Below, piece after piece: positions 55,920 to 64,000 of a stretch of 64,000 bases of DNA. The notes beneath the pieces were generated by a model. That model was not told where the DNA came from, made no database searches, and saw only the letters and a list, made by a program, of their open reading frames with translations. The stretch is from positions 682,001 through 746,000 of the forward strand of contig OY986948.1 in NCBI GenBank assembly GCA_963920595.1. Direction: 5' to 3'. A program made the translations under genes and the position numbers. Source of the stretch: Eimeria praecox (taxonomy: Eukaryota). Positions within the stretch are counted from its first letter, which is position 1. Every line of letters starts with the position of its first letter.

Positions 55920-56433
55920 GAGACAGAAGGGAGACACAGCTCTTGCTAGCTGCTTACGTTGTTTTTCTTCTGTCTCCTCCTCCCATAACATCTCCTCAGC
56001 CAAATCTGTGGGGTTGTTGGGATCGTCCGATCCCGCCGATCTAAAGAAATTCTCTATAACAAAAGGCGAGTTATCCTGCGGTGTACAGACAGCTGCACAT
56101 GCAAGCTTCCACATGCAGCAGCCACAAACAGCAGCAGCAGCAGCAGCAACAAGAGCAGCAGCAACAAGAGCAGCAGCAGCAGCAGCAAGAGCAGCAGCAG
56201 CAGTTGTAGAAACAGCAACGACTCCACCTGCAGCAGCAAGTATATCAGCAGCAGTAGCAAGTACAGCAGCAGCAAGCGCAGCAACAACAGCAGCAGCAGC
56301 AACAGCAGCAGTAGCAGCAGCAACAGCAGCAACTTACAGATGAGAATGATGGAGACGTTAATATAATTTTCTGAAGCTCCTTAACTGTATAATAGCCCCC
56401 CTCCTTTGCTAGATACAGTGCCTGCATATATAA

Positions 56434-56476
<43 letters not shown>

Positions 56477-56562
56477 ATAGATAAATAATAGTAATAAATA
56501 ATAAATAAGAGGAGTCAGCAAATACACCAAAGACACAAATTATCTGCTGCTGTATTACTGAA

Positions 56563-56594
<32 letters not shown>

Positions 56595-56724
56595 ATCCTG
56601 CAGCAGCAGCAACAGCAGCAGCAGTAGAGGAGACAGTGCGTGAAGGGCTGCAGCAGGAGGAGACAGACAAACCTCCGATAGAGATAAAGGTGCTTCACCC
56701 CCTTGCTGCTGCTGCTGCTGTTGC

Positions 56725-56780
<56 letters not shown>

Positions 56781-57143
56781 TTGCAGCAGAGGGACTGCAT
56801 TGCGAGTGAAGCGACCGGCGCTTGCTGTTACAGCTGCTGCTGCTGCTGTTGCTGCTGCTGCTCGTGCTGCAGCAGCAGCAGCAGCTGCTGCTGCTGCTGA
56901 GGAGACAGGTGTTTGTCGGGTGAAGCGGGAGGATGAAGTAAATGACCTTTGCTGCTGCTGCTGCTGCTGCAGCTGCTGCTGCTGCAGCTGTTGCTGCTGC
57001 AGCTGTATCTGTTGTTGCTGCTGCAGATGCTGCTGCAGCAATACAACTGGGCTGCAGCGACAAGCAGCAGCAGCAGCAGCAGGAGCAGCAGCAGGAGCAG
57101 CAGCAGCAGCGACGAGACGCTGCGCTGAGGTTAGCAGCAGCAT
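54159..57143 (-). CDS. Mitochondrial ribosomal protein uS9 (bacterial-type S9), 7 exons
   Basis: Exons (minus): 57143-56673, 56421-56338, 56075-55958, 55703-55591, 55461-55360, 54921-54699, 54250-54159. S9 motifs GTRKRAAALVVLTRGTGQVRV, FDVDIQVRGGGPSGQAAAARLAVARAL and EDTRQRMPKMPGRMKARKQRQWSKR*. The N-terminus has a presequence-like RSFTSSSRF; organelle assignment is an inference. Confidence 0.88.
54972..55265. repeat. CACGATCCCAA minisatellite in a uS9 intron
   Basis: About 13 acacgatccca units with short C/A-rich spacers. Confidence 0.85.
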
Positions 57144-57826
57144 CGCATATTAGCCGTAAACCCTAAACCCTACACCCTAAACCCTAAACCCTAAACCCTA
57201 AACCCTCAACCCTAAGCCCTAAGTCAACCCCCCCCAGGGTTTATACGTTAAGGTTTAATTAGCCGTAAACCCTAAACCCTAAACCCTACAAGCTGCTACG
57301 CATGCAGCAATATACAGCCATACAGATACTAGGGTTTAGGGTTTAGGGTTTAGGGTTTAGGGTTAGTGTGTCTGCACTATATTCAAAATAAAATAATTTG
57401 AAGACAGAGGAAGAAGACAAAAATAAAATTTATTAGAAATAGTATTAAAGGATGATGCTGCTGCAGCAGCAGCAGCACTAGCAGCAGCAAGGACAGCAGC
57501 ACTAGCAGCAGCAGCAGCAGCAACATCAACAGCAGCAGCAGCAGCAGTAGCAGCAGCAACAGCAGCAGCAGCAGCAGCTGCTGCTGCTGCTGCTGCTGCT
57601 GTCTCAGGTGTATATGTATGTATATGAGGCATCGATTGTTTCAGGGTTTATCTATTGTTAATATTATAATATATTAAACAATGTTCTATCTAATAATAAA
57701 ATAGAATAATAGAAAATTAATAAAAATAAAAATAAAAACTAAAAATAAAATAAAATAAAATATAAATTTAAATAAAAAATTTAAAATACAACAAGATAGT
57801 ATAGAAAATAAGTGTGGGGTGTGGGT

Positions 57827-57883
<57 letters not shown>

Positions 57884-58059
57884 GCTGCTGCTCCTCCCCC
57901 CCCTGCGGGGATGCAGCAGCAAGATATGATGTCGGGTTTGCGGGTTATTCTCTTCCTCAAGTTTATATTTTTGTATATTTTTCTGAATAATATATTGAAT
58001 AAAATAAATATAAAATAAATATAAATAATTATATATATAAATAAAATATATTTAAGAAG

Positions 58060-59879
58060 ATGGGGAAGGAGAAAACACATATAAATTTAGTTGTGATAGG
58101 CCATGTAGATTCTGGAAAATCTACAACAACAGGGCATTTAATATATAAATTGGGGGGTATAGATAAGCGAACAATTGAAAAATTTGAAAAGGAGAGCTCT
58201 GAAATGGGAAAAGCATCATTTAAATATGCTTGGGTTTTAGATAAATTGAAAGCAGAAAGAGAGAGAGGTATTACAATTGATATTGCTCTATGGCAGTTTG
58301 AAACACCTACTTTCCATTATACTGTTATTGATGCTCCAGGACATCGTGATTTTATTAAAAACATGATTACAGGAACATCTCAAGCTGATGTTGCTTTATT
58401 AGTTGTTCCTGCTGATCAGGGTGGTTTTGAAGGTGCTTTCTCTAAGGAAGGTGAGAAAAGTAGAAAGTTTGTTTTAATTTATTCAAGCAATAATATATAC
58501 TCTTTTATATATGTATGACACTGTTTAATGATCCTTATTTTATTCTAAATATTATTTTATAGGTTTTATCGAAAAAATACACGAAAAATGCAGATTTGGA
58601 GATGCCTAGACACCCCACACTTACATCATTATCATGTTCAGGTGTATAGGCACATCCACATGTTGTAGACTTTCTGTATATTCTTCTCGTTTTTTCATCG
58701 GTTTTGCTCGTTTTTTCTATTTTTTTATATATTTTAAGATGAATTTATGATATTTGTTTTCCTAGGAGTCGTGTCTTTTTATATTTTCGTGTTTTTTCTG
58801 TCTTTTTTCATCGTGTCTCAAATATAAATATCTACTATCTCCCTTTTTTTATTTTAATTATAAATATAAATACGCTAATTATATATTTTTTTGCTTGTTT
58901 TTCTCAGGACAAACTCGTGAACATGCTCTGTTAGCCTTTACTTTAGGAGTGAAGCAAATGATTGTTGGTATTAACAAGATGGATGCAACAACCCCCGATA
59001 AATACAGCGAGAATCGTTTTAATGAGATTCAAGCCGAGGTTTCTCGCTATCTGAAGACAGTAGGATATAACCCCGAGAAGGTACCATTCGGTACCATTCG
59101 TGCCTATTTCTGGTTTCGTAGGAGATAACATGGTAGAGAAGAGTACAAATATGCCCTGGTATAAGGGAAAGACCCTCGTAGAAGCCCTAGATAGTGTGGA
59201 GCCTCCTAAGAGACCTAGCGACAAGCCTCTACGTCTTCCTCTTCAAGATGTTTACAAGATTGGTGGTATTGGTACTGTTCCTGTAGGTCGTGTCGAGACA
59301 GGTATATTAAAACCGGGTATGGTTGTAACATTCGCACCAACAGGGCTTCAAACAGAAGTTAAATCTGTTGAAATGCATCATACACAATTAGAACAAGCTG
59401 TACCAGGAGATAATGTTGGATTTAATGTTAAGAACGTTTCTGTGAAGGATGTTAAGAGAGGACATGTTGCCTCCGATTCCAAGAACGATCCAGCGAAAGG
59501 GGCAGCAAGCTTTCAAGCTCAAGTTATTGTTCTCCATCATCCAGGACAGATAAACCCCGGGTACACTCCAGTATTAGATTGCCATACAGCTCATATATCA
59601 TGTAAGTTTGCTGAGTTAGAGAAGAGATTAGATAGAAGAAGCGGAAAGGCCCTTGAAGATAACCCTAAATTTATTAAATCGGGGGATGCTGCTATCGTTA
59701 AGATGGAGCCAAGCAAGCCTATGTGTGTAGAATCCTTCATTGAATATCCCCCACTAGGAAGATTCGCTGTGAGAGATATGAAACAAACAATTGCTGTTGG
59801 TGTTATTAAGGCTGTAGAGAAGAAGGAAGCAGGAGGCAAAGTTACAAAGAGCGCACAGAAAGCCGCAGGAAAGAAGTAA
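58060..59879 (+). CDS. EEF1A: Translation elongation factor 1-alpha, 2 exons, frameshifted as assembled
   Basis: Exon 1 58060-58450 ([26 protein letters not shown]...[15 protein letters not shown]); intron 58451-58907 GT..AG with a GCTAAT branch-like motif near 58874; exon 2 58908-59879 ([18 protein letters not shown]...[11 protein letters not shown]...[10 protein letters not shown]). A 10-nt tandem duplication at 59081-59100 breaks the frame. Confidence 0.96.
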
Positions 59880-59988
59880 ATAATATATTATTATTTATTT
59901 TATTTATTATTAAATACATACATACATAACCCCAATACATATTATATATATTTATGTATATATAAATAAATAAACGTGGCTGCAGCAG

Positions 59989-60038
<50 letters not shown>

Positions 60039-60259
60039 GCTGTTGATATAAGGAGAGAGAAGCGGCAGAAGCATATAGCTAGCTTTTGCTGCTGCAGCTG
60101 CTCTTGCTTTTGTTGTTGCTGCTGCAGCAGCAGCAGCAGCAGCAAATAGAGAGAGTTGCTGCTGTCGTATTAATATAAACTCTTGTGCTTTCTCTGAAGC
60201 AGATTCATCAACAACTTCTTATTTAGTATTATAATTATTAGGGGTTTTAGGTTCGCGTT

Positions 60260-60302
<43 letters not shown>

Positions 60303-60581
60303 AGTAGTAGAAGACGTTTTATATCTATGTAGATACAGTTCAAGGTCTTGGAAAAAAGTTTACACTGGGAGAGGAGACAGAGGCAGAGTGTGTTTTTATA
60401 AGGAGTTGTTTAGTATGGAAGTAGTATAGTAGTATATGTATATATATACATATATGTATATATATGGAGCACATATAATTTTGAACTATGTGTTAACATA
60501 TGTATTTACATAAAACAATCCGTAAATACGAGAATGTATACATAAAATAGGAGGGGTAAGAGGAGAGTAGTCTTCGATGTA

Positions 60582-60620
<39 letters not shown>

Positions 60621-61276
60621 CTTGAGAGAGCTAGTAGAGGAGGTGTCTACTAATAGAAAAAGGAGGAAGGAGAGATACAGAGAAATAACAAGTAGTGGGA
60701 TGCTGCATGCTTCTTAGGGTTTAGGGTTTAGGGTTTAGGGTTTAGTTAGGGTTTAGGGTTTATTGTGGTAGAGATAGTGTTAGCTGCTGATGTATTAAGA
60801 GAGATTGAGGTGTCTATACATCTCTAATAAATAAACAAAAACTAAAAAATTAAATAAATAAATAAATTAATTAAATTAAATTAAATTAAATTAAATTAGA
60901 TTAAATTAAATTAAATTAAATAAAAATATATTAAAGAGAGAATAGCTACCATTAGAGCTGCCTATACACCTCACGACTGTTATAAACAACACGCATGCAG
61001 CCCCTCAAACCCTAAACCCTAAACCCTAAACCCTAAACCTCCGTTTTATATAACTTTTTTCATTGAGGATATAAGAATTAAGGTTGTTATTGAGTATTTA
61101 CGATTTAGGGTTTAGGGTTTAGGGTTTAGGGTTTAGGGTTTGTGCGTCGAGACGACGAGTGCAGCCGCCTCCAGGTGTCTGCAGCAGCAGCAGCAGCAGC
61201 AACAGCAATAACTAACACCAGCAGCAGCAGCAGCAATAACAACATCAACAGCAGCAACAACAGCAGCTACAGCATT

Positions 61277-61307
<31 letters not shown>

Positions 61308-61569
61308 GGGAGAGAGGAGCGTGTGGTTGTTGCTGCTGCAGCAGCAGCATTCCTTGCAGCTGGAGCAGGTTGGGGTGTATGTACACCTCAGGTCTAGCAA
61401 CAATATATACCCCCCTTAGAATCAATTGAACTAGGGTTTAAGATATAGGGTTTAGGGTCCTAACTAGGGTTTAGAGGACTAACTAGGGTTTAGGGTTTAG
61501 GGTTTAGGGTTTAGGGTTTAGGGTTTAGGGTTTAGGGTTTAGGGTTTAGGATGTATTGACAGATCTGCG

Positions 61570-61701
61570 ATGAGTCTGTGGGGTTCTTCCGCAGCTGCAC
61601 ATACACCCGAAGAACCTCTTCTCTTGTTGCTGAATCCTGAGAGTCAGAGAGGACCTAATATAGGAAGGTGTATATACACACAAGACATTACACAACTATC
61701 A

Positions 61702-61757
<56 letters not shown>

Positions 61758-61841
61758 GCTGCTGCTGCTGCAGGGGTCGCAAACAGAAGAAACAAATCTA
61801 CAGCACCGTAGAAGAATAGCTCCTGCTAGTCAAGACAACGC

Positions 61842-61877
<36 letters not shown>

Positions 61878-62413
61878 AGCCATCCAGCAGCAGCAGCAGC
61901 AGCAGCACAGGCAGCAGCTGCTTCCTCTCTGGGAGAAACTCTGCACAGACTCGCAGCTGCTTTCGCAGCAGCAGCAGCAGCAGCAGCACGAGAGCCCTTG
62001 GCTTGTTGAAGATGTGTTTGCTGCTGACTCTTTAGAGGCCCCTGCTGCTGCTGCTGCTGCTGCAGCAGCAGCAGCAGATGCTGCTGCAGCAACAGCAGCA
62101 GATGCTGCTGCAGCAGCAGCAACAGATGTGGATACAGCAGATATAACGGATGCACCAACAGATGCCGCAGCAGCAGCTTCTGCAGCAACAGCAGCAGCAG
62201 CAACAGCAGAAGCAGAAGCAGGAGATGCAGCCGCAGCAGCAACAGCAGCGGAAGCAGCAGCAGCAGCAGCAGCAGCAGAGGGAACAGCAGCAGCAGCAGA
62301 ATTCTGCATAGACTGCGCAGCAGCAGAAACCACAGAAACAGCTGCAGCAGCCGTCGCAGTATCAACACCAAAAGCAGCAACAGCAAGAGCAGCAGCAACA
62401 GCAACAGCAGCAA

Positions 62414-62466
<53 letters not shown>

Positions 62467-63301
62467 GATGCGGGGGATGAGTCCGATACTGACTCTCAAG
62501 CAACAGTTGTGTTAGGTGTCAGCCCCCAGCAATCTCAAGAGCTGCTGCAGGGTGTATGTACACCTCGATCGCAGTTCGCACCCTCTGCAGCAGCAGCAGC
62601 AGCAGCAGAAACAGCAGCAACAGCAGCAGCAGCAGCAGCAGAAACAGCAGCAACAGCAGCAGCAGCAGCAGAAGCAGCTGTAAATGCAGCAGCAGAAGCA
62701 GAAGACGATGTGGCAGCAGCAGCCGATCTTCGTGTGTCTCCTTTTGCTGCTAATCCGCATGCAGCAGCAGCAGCAGCAGCAACAGCAGCAACAGCAGCAG
62801 CAACAGCAGCAACAGCAGCAGCAGCAGCAACAGCCCCTGCTGCTGCAGCAGCAAAGACTGATGCGGCTTCTCAGACATCAAATAACAGGATACAAGTAGC
62901 AGCACCACATGCAGGAGCAGCAACAGGAGCAGCAACAGGAGCAGCAACAGCAGCAGCAGCAACAACAGCAGCAGCAGCAACAGCAGCAGCAGCAACAGCA
63001 GCAGCAGCAACAGCAGCAGCAGCAGTTGCAGCTGAAGGCGTAGGACAGCAGGATCAGGTTCAGCAGCAACAGCAGCAGCACCAGCGGCAACAGCAGCAGC
63101 CGCAGCAGCCGCAGCAGCAACAGCAACAGCAGCAACAGCAGCAACAGCAGCAACAACAGCAGCAACAGCAGCAACAGCAGCAGCAGCAGCAGCAGGGTCT
63201 GTCTCCGGTTGCATTAAGTGTAGCTGACTGGGACGATTTAGATGAGGCCCTCGACTTCGCTTTGTCTCAGGCGAAAGAAGAAAGCCAAGCTATCAAACCC
63301 C

Positions 63302-63335
<34 letters not shown>

Positions 63336-63572
63336 ACCTCTTGCTGCTGCTGCTGCAGCAGCAGCAGCGGCAGCAGCAGGAGGAGGAGGAGGGTTTAGCA
63401 AGGAAGAGGATACGCACAGTACAGCGCCGCCGCCGCTGCACCCCACAAACAGCACAGTCGGATCCTTCTGGGGGAGACACAGCCAGCAGCAGCAGCAGCA
63501 ACAGCAGCAACAGCAGCAGCAGCAGCAGCAGCAGCAACAGTGGGGTCAACAGGAAAGCTGTCATATTGAACG

Positions 63573-63638
<66 letters not shown>

Positions 63639-63705
63639 GCAGAGTTGGTATCGTATATTTTCTTGCCACGAGGGGGAGATCGCAGCGCAGGGACCTCTGT
63701 GGGGT

Positions 63706-63761
<56 letters not shown>

Positions 63762-63878
63762 GCTGTGGGAGAACAGCTCTCTTACACCTATAAAGAGATT
63801 ATCTGCTTCTCTTAACAGCATATCATCGAAGACAGACGCAGCGGGCCCCACACTATCACCACCGAAGCAGCAAAGACG

Positions 63879-63932
<54 letters not shown>

Positions 63933-64000
63933 ACAGCAGCAGCAAGAAGTGTCTGAGAACATGAGCTGGTCACAGGCGCAGCAGCAGCAACAACAACAAC
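61570..64000 (+). CDS. Hypothetical low-complexity protein, 5' part (runs off the right edge)
   Basis: Frame from ATG 61570 (MSLWGSSAAAHTPEEPLLLLLNPESQRGPNIG...) read without a stop to the window end (about 810 codons), with CAG tracts read as A/Q. A possible acceptor AG at 61561-61562 follows a telomere-like array, so an upstream exon may exist. No recognisable domain. Confidence 0.65.

Noticed and set aside
59081..59090. 10-nt micro-intron rescuing EF-1alpha
   Set aside because: It starts with GT but ends in CG and is far too short for spliceosomal removal.

Overview
Eukaryotic, intron-rich apicomplexan DNA. The pervasive CAG/CTG tracts (coding for poly-A/Q/S) and interstitial telomere-like AAACCCT/AGGGTTT heptamers indicate a repeat-rich segment of an Eimeria-type coccidian genome. 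Most entries in the ORF track are repeat artefacts. Splicing by hand gives eight genes: a partial hypothetical gene (-, <1..703), MSH6 (+, 12 exons), Arp1/centractin (-, 11 exons), an RCC1-repeat plus IQGAP-like RasGAP/RasGAP_C protein (+, about 23 exons), SRP receptor beta (+), a nucleotide-sugar transporter (-), mitochondrial uS9 (-) and EF-1alpha (+, carrying a frameshifting 10-nt duplication), followed by a further partial SQ/TQ-rich ORF running off the right end. The most unusual signals are non-coding: (1) repeated copying of exon ends together with their splice sites into neighbouring introns, including a CRISPR-looking 11-unit array in Arp1 and about 31 tandem acceptors in the RCC1 gene; (2) transcript-oriented, often inverted telomere-like arrays that abut or supply splice sites; (3) a dispersed 14-bp palindrome, G[GC]TG-N6-CA[GC]C, that also forms a tandem satellite. 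All exon models are manual and unverified by transcripts.
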